DNA of 64,000 nt from Aggregatilineales bacterium (GTDB lineage Bacteria > Chloroflexota > Anaerolineae > Aggregatilineales > Ch27). Below are positions 1 to 11,700 of this stretch, one piece after another. Under the pieces are notes generated by a model that had not been told where the DNA came from, made no database searches, and saw nothing but the letters and a program-made list of their open reading frames with translations. The stretch is from NCBI GenBank assembly GCA_029976005.1, contig JARKOQ010000172.1, forward strand, positions 2,254-66,253, written 5' to 3'. Position numbers and translations under genes: made by a program. Numbering within the stretch: position 1 is the first letter of the stretch; each line of letters begins with the position of its first letter.

Positions 1-603
1 AAGATTCCCGATCTTCCCCAACTGAGCACGCTGGTTCCGACGGACACGGCAACGCCCTTGGAGCAGCCCTCGGCGACCGCTTCCGCGACGCCCGCCGTGA
101 TCGTGACCCTGCCCGGCTTCCCGACCGGCACGATTATCGTGCCCAGCCCGACTCTGGTCAGTGGCGGCACGCCGGTGCAGGTGGTCGAAGGGGTCTTCAC
201 CCCGCCTCCGCCGGGAAACGCGGCCGAGTATACCCGCGCGCCGTTCCCGTTCACCGTGTATGAGGACGCCGCCAGCTACATGCAGAATCCCAACACGAGC
301 GGCTGTCGCTGGGCGAGCATTGCCGGGGCCGTGACCAACCTGGACGGCGTGCCGTTGGCCGGACTGGCCGTCCGCGTGATCGGGGAAGGGATCGACGAGA
401 TTCGTTTCACCGGCACGGCGCTCACCTATGGGCCAAGCGGTTACGAGATTTTCCTGAACGGCGCGCCGCTGCGTGGGCAGTATCGCGTGCAGCTTCTCAG
501 CCAGACCGGCTCTCCGATCTCCGCGCCCTTCACGGTGGAGACGTCCGCGGTTTGTGAGGAAAACGTCGCCATCGTCAACTTTGTCCAGAATTATGCGTAC
601 TGA
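1..603 (+). CDS. Hypothetical exported protein, 5'-truncated; Pro/Thr-rich linker plus C-terminal beta-sandwich (carboxypeptidase-regulatory-like) domain
   Basis: Frame is open from position 1 to TGA at 601-603; P/T-rich stretch then 'SIAGAVTNLDGVPLAGLAVRV...G.YEI'. Confidence 0.55.
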   Translation, partial: KIPDLPQLSTLVPTDTATPLEQPSATASATPAVIVTLPGFPTGTIIVPSPTLVSGGTPVQVVEGVFTPPPPGNAAEYTRAPFPFTVYEDAASYMQNPNTSGCRWASIAGAVTNLDGVPLAGLAVRVIGEGIDEIRFTGTALTYGPSGYEIFLNGAPLRGQYRVQLLSQTGSPISAPFTVETSAVCEENVAIVNFVQNYAY

Positions 604-630
604 GCCTCCCCGGCCGCTTGTGGAGCCGCC

Positions 631-1446
631 ATGCCGCTGTACATCGTCCCGACGCCGATAGGCAACCTGGAAGATATCACCCTGCGGGCCTTGCGCGTGC
701 TGCGCGAGGTCGATCTGATCGCGGCCGAGGACACGCGCACGTCTCGCGTGCTGCTCGATCATTACGAGATCGTGCGCCCGATGGTGAGCTATCACGAGCA
801 CAACAAGATCGAGCGGATCGAGGATATCCTCGACGTGATGGGCAAGGGGGGCAGCGTCGCGCTCATCTCCGACGCCGGGACGCCGGGCCTGTCCGATCCC
901 GGTTACGAGCTGATTAACGCCTGCCTGCTGGCCGGGGTGGAAGTCGTCTCCCTGCCGGGGCCGACGGCGGCGATCACGGCCCTGGTGGCATCCGGCCTGC
1001 CGACCGACCGGTTTCTGTTCCTGGGATTCCTGCCCCGCAGGCAGTTTGCCCTGGTAGGCCTCCTCAACGAGCTGCAGAACCGCCCGGAAACGCTGATCGC
1101 CTATGAAAGCCCTTACCGGCTGGTGGAGGCGCTCCAGGCGGTGCGCGAGGTGATGGGAGCGTCGCGCCCGGTCTGCGTGGCCCGCGAGCTGTCCAAGATG
1201 TTCGAGGAGTTTTTTCGGGGCACGGCGGAGGAGGCCGTGGCCTACTTTCAGGAACAGCCCGTGCGCGGCGAGATCACGCTGCTGATCGGCGGACAGGTCC
1301 AGGCCGCCTCGGTCTGGACCGAGAGCCAGGTGCGGGCCGCGTTCAGCGAGCGGCTGGCCCGCGGCGAGAAGCGCAACGACGCGGCGCGGGCCGTGGCGGC
1401 GGACTCCGGATGGAACAAACGCGATATCTACGCCCTCGACTTGTAG
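631..1446 (+). CDS. rsmI: 16S rRNA (cytidine1402-2'-O)-methyltransferase
   Basis: LYIVPTPIGNLEDITLRAL, AAEDTR, SDAGTPGLSDPG, YESPYR, RELSKMFEE motifs; GGAG RBS. Confidence 0.95.
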   Translation: MPLYIVPTPIGNLEDITLRALRVLREVDLIAAEDTRTSRVLLDHYEIVRPMVSYHEHNKIERIEDILDVMGKGGSVALISDAGTPGLSDPGYELINACLLAGVEVVSLPGPTAAITALVASGLPTDRFLFLGFLPRRQFALVGLLNELQNRPETLIAYESPYRLVEALQAVREVMGASRPVCVARELSKMFEEFFRGTAEEAVAYFQEQPVRGEITLLIGGQVQAASVWTESQVRAAFSERLARGEKRNDAARAVAADSGWNKRDIYALDL

Positions 1447-1478
1447 CAGCAGCAAACGGATCGAACTGGACATTCCCT

Positions 1479-2771
1479 ATGGCGTTTTTCACCCGGCGCG
1501 GCGCGCGTCTTGTCGAAGGCTGGCAGTCTCTTGGCCCGGCGGCTCAACGGCTCTCGCTCTCGCTTTTCCTGTGGGGCGTGGGCGAAGGGCTGTGGGCGTA
1601 TCTGCGCCCGCTGTACATCACCCAACTGGGGGCCGATTCGGCCGGAGTGGGGCTGATTCTGGCGATTTACGGCCTGGCTCCGATGCTGGTGATGCTGCCG
1701 GCGGGCCGCCTGAGCGACGTCTTCGGCCCGCGCCGCCTGATGATCGGCGCGTGGTGGCTCGGCACCCTGGGCCAGGTGTGCCTGGTGTTCGCCCCGGACT
1801 GGTATTGGCTGGCCCCCGGCGTTTTCCTGTTGGCCGCATCGGCGGCCGGGATGCCCGCCATGAACGCGTACGTGGCCCTGGACGCGTCGCACCGCCTGGG
1901 CGTGGCGGAGGCGGGACGCCGGATGCAGACCCTGCTCTCGCGCGTGATCGCGATCTACGTGGCCGGGACGATCGTCTCGCCGCTGGTGGGCGGCTGGCTG
2001 GCGGAACGGTTGGGGCTGCGAGTGGTGCTTTTGATCTCGGCCGGCTGGTTCCTGATGTCGACCCTGCTCGTCCATACCCTGCCGCCCGTCCGGCTGCTTT
2101 CGACGAATCCGGATGCCGGGAAGAGCGATGGCGGCGCGCTTCCCGCCGCGCGGCCGGTTGCCTGGTGGCGCATGAGCGCCGATCAGATTCGCGTGTTCGG
2201 CGTGCTGCTGCTGGTGTACCTGTGCTTCTCGCTGGGATACAGTCTCGTGCCGAGTTACCTGGAGGACGTGCGCCAGCTTCCCGTGGCGACCATCGGCGGG
2301 CTGGGCAGCGCGACCGCGCTGGGGGGCACGATCTGGCTGCTGGTGCTGGGCCGGCGCTCTTCCCGCCGGGCGCTCGTGACCGCATCGGGGATGCTCGTCA
2401 TCGCCTGGATGGGGCTGCTGCTGGCTCCGGGTGGGGCGGTGGAGATGCCCGCCCTGGTCGGGGTGTACTTCCTGCTGGGGGTGTATTCCGGGGCGCGCTC
2501 GCTGTCGCTGACCGTGGTCGGTGAGCACACGCCCCCCGAACAGCGCGGCACAAGCTTTGGGCTGATCGAGACGATGTTCGGCGTAGGGACGTTCGCCGGC
2601 CCGTGGTTGGCCGGGCAGTTGTATGGATTTGACCCGCGCCTGCCCTTTGGCGTGGCGATTGCCGCCGCCTTTGTACTGATGCCGGTCATCTGGCTGGCGC
2701 TTACATCGCCGCGCGGGGAGAAACACAAACGGGGGCAGGCGATGGCTGCCCCCGTCGAAGTCTCTGACTGA
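1479..2771 (+). CDS. MFS transporter
   Basis: About 12 hydrophobic segments; MFS motif A 'GRLSDVFGPRR' and 'GGWLAERLGLR'; start placed at ATG 1479 to avoid overlap with rsmI. Confidence 0.85.
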   Translation: MAFFTRRGARLVEGWQSLGPAAQRLSLSLFLWGVGEGLWAYLRPLYITQLGADSAGVGLILAIYGLAPMLVMLPAGRLSDVFGPRRLMIGAWWLGTLGQVCLVFAPDWYWLAPGVFLLAASAAGMPAMNAYVALDASHRLGVAEAGRRMQTLLSRVIAIYVAGTIVSPLVGGWLAERLGLRVVLLISAGWFLMSTLLVHTLPPVRLLSTNPDAGKSDGGALPAARPVAWWRMSADQIRVFGVLLLVYLCFSLGYSLVPSYLEDVRQLPVATIGGLGSATALGGTIWLLVLGRRSSRRALVTASGMLVIAWMGLLLAPGGAVEMPALVGVYFLLGVYSGARSLSLTVVGEHTPPEQRGTSFGLIETMFGVGTFAGPWLAGQLYGFDPRLPFGVAIAAAFVLMPVIWLALTSPRGEKHKRGQAMAAPVEVSD

Positions 2772-2777
2772 CCGCGC

Positions 2778-5700
2778 CTAAGCGCCTGCCTGAATATCCA
2801 TGATCCGGACCGGCACGGCGCGAATCGCCAGTCGTTCCTCGAAGATACCCCGGAACGCATCCCATGTCGTACAGGTGATCAACGTCAGCGTCTGGTTGCG
2901 GGTGGGATAGGTGACCTCCACGTCGTCGGGTGCAACCACGTCGATCGTGTAGACCATGAACTCGTAAATCCGGCCGCGTTCCGCCAGGAAGATCGAGTCG
3001 CCGACTTCCAGCAGGTCGAGGTCGCGGAACGGCCCTGGCACGCCGGTTGTGATCTGGATGTGCCCCGCCAGGACGGTGTTACCGCCCAAGCCCTGCCCGG
3101 CCTCCTCCACCCAGGTCGTCCCTTCCAGGAAGCCAATACTCTGGCCAAGATCGCGCACGTCCCAGGTCTGATTGCGGAGCGGCACGGTCACGATGGGCAC
3201 GGAGTCGCTCAAACCCAGCTTGGGAATGTACAACTCCCGGTCGTACTGCGGGCTGAACGGCGGCTGGCTGACGGTTTCCACCGGCACCCGCTGGCCGGGG
3301 GGGAGCGCCGCGATTGCGGTCGGGATCGGGATGGGCGTGGGCGGCGGTGCGGTGGGCTGGCCTGGCTCCGGCGTCGAAGTCGGGAGCGCCGTCTCCAGGG
3401 GAGCCGACATGGCTTCCGGCGGGGTGGCAGTGGCCGCCGCGGCCTGCGGCGTGCCCACGGGCGCGCTGCCCAGGTTGAGCACCAGGCTGGCGACGACGGC
3501 TACGATCACCACCGCGGCCGCGACCAGCGCCACGATGATGACCAGACGCAAGCCCTTGTCCTGCACGTTGAGCGCGAGGCCCAGCAGGCCGGTTAGCGCC
3601 AGCAGACCGATCATGAGCGCGCCGATCGGGAAGTCCGGCTGGCCGGGGGCGACATCGGCCGCGCCGGTGGCGGGCAGCATCGAGGCGTCCGGCGAGACGC
3701 GCACCGTACCCGTGGCGCAAGTGGCCTGCTGCGCGCCGATCGAGGTCGCGCAGCCGATATTCTGGAGGACCTGGTTGGCGAGCACATCCTCGCGGACTCG
3801 CGCGATGACCGTCAGCACGGCGCTCTGGTTAAAGGTCAGCGTACCCGTTGTGGCGACGATGACGTTGCCTTCGGATTCGATCGTGCCGTTGTTGATGGTC
3901 ACGCTCTGGAGGACCATCGTGCTTTCGAGCGTATCGGTCACGATGATCCCGGACAGGGGATCGGTGCCAGGGTTGCGGACGGAGACCTGCCAGGTAAGCA
4001 GGCCGCCGGGGATGGCGTAGGCCAGATCGGCCGTCTTGGTGACTTCCGGCGCGGCGGTGCCGGGGATCGGCGTGCCCACGACGATCGGATTGCCGGACGA
4101 ATCGACCGTGATCAGCGGGGTGCTGATCAGTGCGTCGTCGCTGACCGTGACCTGAGTGGTGCCGACCAGACCCTCTCCGGTGGCGGTGACCCGGAACGTG
4201 AGCGGATTGGCATCCGCGCTGGTAACCACGTGGTTGAAAGTGCCGGTCGTGCCGACGCCTTCGGCCAGAGTGCCGTCCGCGGGCAGGGTGAGCTGGATCG
4301 AGCCGCCTTGCAGGCTGGGCCGCTGCTGAGTCCCGGCGCCCTGGGTGGGCGTGGCGGTGATGTAGACCGCGCGCAGGGTGCGGACAGGCCCGTCGCCGAT
4401 GTTGAGCACGGTGATCTGGTAGTTGATCAACTCACCGACGGTGGCGATCGAGCGATCGGCTGCCACCGTGACGAAGAGCTCCGGACGGCGGACATTGATC
4501 GAGAACGTGTCGTTATCCGCGACCGAGCGGTTGAAGCTGGTCGTGGCGCTGACGGTCAGGGTGTTCACCAGCGGATCGGGGTCCGAGGCCGTGATCACGT
4601 GGGTGAAGGTCACCTGGCGCGCCGCATTCGGCGTCAGGCTGAGGATGGCCGGGCTGACGACGATTGAGCCATACCGGCTGTCCACCAGAGCCACGTTGTA
4701 GATCGTGGTATTCCCGACGTTGGTGATGGTGGCCGTATAGGTCACGGTATCTCCGTTGGCCGCCTGGGTCTTGTCCGCCGTGAGGACGACGCTGATGCGC
4801 GGGGTGGCCGTTGATAGGATGAGGTCGAAGGTCTGCATGACCGTGGCCCCCACCGGGTCCTGGGCACTGGCTGTGACCGAAACCAGGGTCTGAGGCGGTA
4901 CGCCCAGCGGCACCCGATACGCGAAGGTGACGGTGTGGGATTCGCCCGGCTGGATGATGGGCGGCGCGCCGGTGATGAGCTGGCCGGTTGGATTCGCGCT
5001 GGTAACCGCCTGCGGGCTGGTCATGGAGAGGCCGGTCAGCAAGGTGGCCCCGCTGTTGGTGACGGTCGCGGCGAAGGTGACCAGGTCGCCCACGACGGCC
5101 ACGCAGGGCACGGCGCAGTTGGCGGTGCGCAGGTCGATATCGATGGAGGATGCGGTGAGGCCGGTGCGGACGGAGCTGGTATCGGTCACCGTGCCGGCGA
5201 TCGCGCCGATGCCGGTCGCGGTCACGGTCGTGGTGATGGGCGAGACGTCCGCCGGCTGGACGGTATAGGAGAAGGTGCGTGTGACGCTCTGGCCGGAGCC
5301 GAGGCTGATCGTGTCGGCGAGGGTAATGAGCGATAGCGTGCTGCCATCCGGCCGAGTCGCCACGAGGGTGATGTTGTTGAGTGTTTCCGCGCCGATGTTG
5401 GTCACGGTTGCCAGGTAGTTGATCGGCTCCGTCGCCAGCACTCTGGCCCGATCCGCGGTCAGGATAACCCGCAGGTTGGCGTTGGACAGTAGCGCGACCG
5501 TGGCGCTGGATGTGTCGCTGACGGCCACGCCGAGCTGATCGCGGCCGGCCACGGCCACCGTATTGATCAGCGGGTCGAGATCGGTGCTGGTGTTGACCGT
5601 GTGGGTGTAGCTGGTCGAGATGCGCTGGCCCGGATCGAGGCTGTACTGCGGCAGGGTCAGGCCGGAGGTGAGGCTGTCGGAGATCGTCAGGCCGGAGACT

Positions 5701-8700
5701 CGCGTGGTGCTGGTGTTGGTGATCTCGACCGTGTAGGTGATGACGTCGCCGTTCTGAGCGGCGGCCACGCTGGCCCGTTTGATGACCTGCAACCCGCTGC
5801 CGGCGATGTTGACCTGCGCCGTGGAGGTATCGGTCAGAGTCGCGCCGGTCGCCGTGACGGCCGTGACGGCTGCGGTGTTGACGGCAGGATCGCCGTCAGC
5901 GGATGTCACGGTGCGCGAGAGGGTCGCCGAGATGGTGGCCCCCGGGATCAAGGGCTGGGCGGCGCTGACCGCCGGGAAACGGCTGGTGATGTTGCCGCCG
6001 AGCAGGGTGTCGGTGATGGTCACCGATTCGATGTTCGTCGTGCCGGTATTGGTGACGGCGATTGTGTAGTTGATCGGCGTGCCAACGGTCGCCAGGGTGG
6101 GGGTCGCGCTCTTGACGATGCGGATGTTGGGCGAGACGATGTCCACGCTGGCCGTGGCCGCGCCGGTGATCGTCCGGCTCTGGCTGAGACCCGTCACGTT
6201 GGCCGTGGTCCGGTACGGATCGGCATCCATGCCGCTGATGGTGTGGGTGTAGGACGCGATCGTGCTTTGGCCAGGGGCGAGCGTGGTGACGGACAGCGGC
6301 AGCGCGCTGCCGGTGGGCAGGCTGCTGGCCGCGAGACTCGTGATCGTGGTCAGACCGGTATTGCGGATGGTGACTGTGAAGGTCACCGTGTCCCCGATGC
6401 TGGCGAACGACCGGTCGGGAGTGTTGGTGACCAGCAGGTCGCTCGTCGTCAGCGGGATGCTGGCCGAGCTGGTATCCATGACCGGCAGGCCGCCGATCTG
6501 GCCGGTCGCCACGGCGGTGTTCACGAAGGGGCTGGTAGCCCCGGCGGGGACGGTCGCGGTGATGCAGGCCTGGGCGAACCCGCTAGGCCCCAGCGGGCCG
6601 GTGGTGCCAGGACCGGGGGTGATCGGAGTCGTGAAGGTGCTGAAGGGGATGTAATTTCCGGTCAGCGCGTCCTGAACGGCCACATTCATGATCGTGGTGG
6701 AGGCGCTCAGGTTGCGCACCTCGATGTCATAGGCCAGCGTGTCGCCGATCTCGGCGGATGTGGCCGGAACGGCGCTGGCACAGGTGCCAATGCCCCGGAT
6801 GGTCTTGGTCACGACCAGGGCCGACGCCGAGATTTGAACCGTGGCGCTGTCCGCGTCCTGGATCAGGACGCCGCTGATGGTGCGCGCCGTGGCCCGCGCG
6901 GTGTTGACCAGCGGGTCGGGATCGGAGGTCTGGATGACGCGCGTGATCGAGCCGGTGACGGACTCGTTCGGCCCCAGCGTGCCGGTCGTGGCGGGCACGC
7001 TCTGGCCGGGGAAGATGAAGTTGACCAGGCCGCCCGTGCAGCCGGTAAGCGCCGTGGCGCACAGCGGATCGCTGACCTGGACATTGCTCAGGTTGGACGT
7101 GCCGGCGTTGGCGATCGTGAATTGGTAGGTGATGGTATCGCCCACGGCGGCGGTGATGCTGTCGCCGCTCTGCGCGCCGTTGATGGCGATCTTGCTGAGG
7201 GAGATATCGGCCTCGCGGATGTCCACCACGGCCAGGGCGCTGGTGGAGACCACCACGCCGGACGGCGCGCGGCCGCTGACCGTGACACGGTTGATCAACG
7301 GATCGGGCACGGTGGGCGGCACCGTGTACAGGAAGGTGCCCACCGCGCGCTCGCCAACCGCCAGGGAGGTGATTTCCAGACCGCTGGTTGGGCTGTGGAG
7401 CGGCACGGGCAGGCCGGAAAGCTGATCCAGCGCCATGACTGCGGTAAGGGCCGTGCTGCTGGTGTTGGTGACTTCGATGGTGTAGGTAATCGTGTCCCCG
7501 ATGAGGGCAGAAGTGACGTCGGCCCGCTTGGTGACCGTCAGGCTCAGATCGCGGATCTCGACGGTGGCCGCCGCCCCGTCCGTTAAACCCTGGTCGTTGG
7601 TGACGGTGACCGTGTTGACGAACGGGTTGGGAGTCGTGCGCGTGACCACATAGAAGACCACGCCGCGCGCAGTCCGGCCGGCGGCCAGGCTGCTCAGCGC
7701 GGGATCGGTGGTGGCGGCGCCTCCGTTGTAGCTCATCGGGACGAGCTGGCCGGTCACATTGTCGACGACCTGGATGCCCGTCAGCGGGCTGGCGCCGACG
7801 TTCACCAGCTCGATCGTGTACTGGATGGTGTCGTTAACCGACGCGCCGGAGCGGTCGGCCGTCTTGGTAAGCAGGATGCCGGGCACGGCGATGTCTACCG
7901 CGACGCGGTCGATGCCTTCGACCGGCTTGTCACTGCTGTCCAGGCCGGTGACCCTGACCTCGTTGACGAACGGGTCCGGGATGGTGGCGCTGGCGACGAC
8001 CCGGTAGCTGATGAAGGCCACCTGGAAAGGACGCAGTTCCTCGGCCGGACTGACGGTCAGCGGGTTGGTGACGGTGCAGGTCAGGGTGTAGTCGGTCGAT
8101 CCGTCGCCGTTCGCGTCGACCGGCCCGCCGCAGGTGTTGGGACTGGCGCTCGTGTCCAGGCCGACTGCGGCGTCGACCACGCGCAGGTTGCGGATGCGAG
8201 TCTGGCCGATGTTGGTGATCGCAATGTTGTAGGTGATGGTGTTGCCGACCTGGACGACCGAGGGTGACGCCTGCTTTTCCACCAGAAGCTGCGACGACGA
8301 GATCAGCACCGTGGTATAGGTGCTATCCGAAAGCTGAAGGCCCGCCGGGATCGTTCGGCCCGAGGCCGAGACCCGGTTGAAGAGTGGGCTTGGATCGGCC
8401 TGGGAGAGCGTGTACGTGATCACGCCCACGGCCGACTCGTTTGGATTGAGCCGCCCGCTCACGCCGCTGGGGAAGACCAGCGGGACCGGCCCGGTCAGGT
8501 CATCGGTCGCGGCGACGCTGTCCATGATCGAGCCGCTGGAGTTGGTGACGGTGATGGTGTAGGTGATCGTGCTGCCCACGAAGCCGATCCCAGGATCGGC
8601 CACCTTGCTGACGCGGAAGCGCGGATCGATGATGTCGACGATGGCATTATCCGAGGCGGTGAGCGACTGGCCGCCCGTATCGGTGCCCTGGACGGTCAGG

Positions 8701-11700
8701 GTATTCACCAGGGGGTCGGGGTCGCTCGTGCCGACGGTGTACTGCCACGAGCAGGAGGCGGTCTGGCCCGCGAGCAGCGAGGTCGGACAGCTCGCCAGAC
8801 TGGCGATGATCGCGTTGGTGCTGTCGTCGTAGGTCAGACCGTTGATGGTGGTCGTGCCATTATTGCGCAGCACGACCGTCCAGTTGATCGGGTGTCCACG
8901 CTCTGCCTCGGTGACGTCGGATGTCAGGTCGACAGCCAGGATAGGGTTGAGCAGGTCGACTTCGGCCTGACCCTGGACGACCAGGTTGTAGTCAACGCCG
9001 CCGATGGTCATCACGCCGTTGGCGGTCACAATGTTGGTGAAGGGATCGGAAGCTGTCGGCGGCACGACCAGCGAGGCCGTGCCCACGGCCGTCTGGCCGG
9101 GGGCGAGCTGGCCCGGGTTGGCGGGATTGGGGAATGTCAGGGTGACTTCGCCGGTCAGCGTGTCGACGGCCGTGATGTTGCGGATGGTATCGGTCAGGCT
9201 GGTGTTGGTGAGCGTGATCGTGTAGTTGATCGTGTCCCCGATGTTGGCGGATGCCGGGCCGGTCTTGATGACCTGGAGCGGGCTGCTGACCTGGACTTCC
9301 GCATCATCCTCGGTAAGGATGATCACGCCTTGTTCGACCGGCCCGGCCCCGGTCACGCCGCGAACGGTGACCGTGTTGACCAGGGTCTCACTGGCCAGAT
9401 CGGCCGGCTTGATGACGTAGTTATTGCCCGCCGGATCGCTCTGCAGATAGTTGGGGTTGCAGATGAACGGCAGACAGGGCGAATCGGCGGGATTGCTGAT
9501 CGCGGCGGGCAGGGATTGGGGCGAGGTGGTGTAGACGCCCGCGCCGTTATAGCGCACGGCGATGGCGCCAAGCTTGTCGTCCGTCAGGACGACGTTCTCC
9601 ATGCTGACCCGCGAGATGTTCCACACGGTGTAGTCGTAGTGCACGGTCTGCCCCACCAGGGCAAAGGTGGGGGTGGGCGTCTTGAGGATCAGGAACGGGC
9701 TGAAAATCTCGACCGTCGACGCGGCCGAGTATGGGACGTTGCCGGTGCCGTCGTTGACCGTGACCGTGAAGGTGTTGTTCAGCTCGTTCGGATCACGCGG
9801 CTGGACGATGTAGCTGTAGGTCATCGTCGCCGTTTCACCCGGCTGGAGGACGTTGTCTGCGGTGCCGGAGCTACCTGCGATCAGCGTCGCCAGAAAGTCA
9901 CGCGGGCCGGGGGTTCCGGCGCTGTTGGACTGGTCGATGGCGGAGACAAGCGTGTAGGGCGAGTCCGAAACATTCGAGACGCTGATCTGGTAGGTGACTT
10001 CGTCGCCAATCAGGGCGATACCATAGGCCGACTTGGTGACGATGATCGGCTCGGTGACATCGACTTCCCAGGTATCCACGGCGGAGACGAGCTGGTTGTT
10101 GACCGTTCCGGTGACGGTGGCCGCATTGGAAATGGCGCCCCGCGTGACGTCATCGTTGTCCACCTCGTAGCCCGTGCCAGCGCCGCAGGGCGTCGTGGGG
10201 GCGGTCACCACCCAGACGGCGCGCGGAGGCAGGCTGGCCTGCGTCCCGATCGTGCCCAGGTTGGAGTCCTGCAAGGTGAGGTTGGTGATGGTGCTGAGCT
10301 GGCCCGTGTTGGTGATCGTGTAGGTATAGGTGATGCACTGGCCGCGCGTGGCGACGACCCGGTTGGCCGCCTTATCGATGGTCAGCGGGTTGACGACCTG
10401 GACATTCCACTGGTTCGAGTCCGCGACCCGGTCGCCGCTCACGCGCCGCGTGCCGGTCACGGTCGCGGTGTTGGTGATGGTGCTGTTCCGGCGGGTCAGG
10501 TCGGTGAGCGTCACCTGATAGCTGAACTTGCCGTAGGCCATTCCACCGGGCGTGCCCGCGATCGGATCGGCGGGAGCCAGACTCAGCGTCTCCGCGTAAG
10601 GCCCGGTCACGGCCGTGCCATCGTAGGGCGCGATCAGGACGTGGCCGTTCAGGCAGTCCGTCGACGTGGTCGGGCAGAGCGCGTCGCTCAACGTGACCCC
10701 GTCGATGATCTCGTCCGAGATGTTCTCGATGACGAACTCGTAGTTGATGGTGTCTCCGACCGCGGCATTGTTCACGTTTGCCGTCTTGGTCAGGCGAATT
10801 TGCGTTGGCAGGACGTTGATAGTGGCGGTGCCGAAGAAGCTGCGTTCCAAACCCTGGTCATCGCGCCCGGTGATTCGCACCAGGATGGTCAGCGGGTCGG
10901 GGTCCGAGGACTGTACCGTGCGGGTGAATTCCGCGAATGCGCTTTCGAAGGGGGCCAGGTCATCCGGCACGGTGGTTGGACCGGAGCCGAAATTGATCTG
11001 GAGCTGGGTGGGGGCGCCCCCGCCGCTCACGACTTCCCAGTAGCCGACGATGTCGGTCAGCGTGATCCGGCCGATGTTGGCGATGCCCACGTTGTACAGG
11101 ACGGGCAGGCCGGGGCCCTGTTCGTCCGGCGGGTTGGACGAGACCGTGATGAACAACTGGGCGTCGCTGATGTCCACGATCTCGGAGGTCGAATCGGACA
11201 GTCCTGGCGTCGTGGTGAGGACCTCGATCACGTTCACGAGCGGGTCGGGATCGCTGCCGGCGACGGTGTAGGGCACGCTGAAGGAGTAGGTAGTCCCTGC
11301 GGGCAGTGACAGGCCGGTGGGCGGGATGCCACCGACCTGGCCGACCAGGCTGTCATTGATCGACTGGATGACAAAATCCTGATCTGGAGTCAGGTTGGTC
11401 ACGGCGATGTCGTAGGTGATGGTATCGCCGCGCAGCGCCGATGTCCGGTCGGCGGTCTTGGTGATCTGGAGGCGATCGTCAAGGATGTCCACGAACACCG
11501 AGGCCGAATCCGAGATGATGGAGCCGGTGGTCGTAGTTGCCCTGACGGTGGCCGTCGTGCGGGTGGTGTAACCGAAGGGGTCCGGATCGCTGGGCTGGAT
11601 GGTATAGACGAACGAGCCAGAGACGGAGCCACCGGCCGGGATGGATGTGCTGGTCAGGTTGACCTGACCGCCCGTGCAGCCGACGCCCGCGCCGGGTAGG

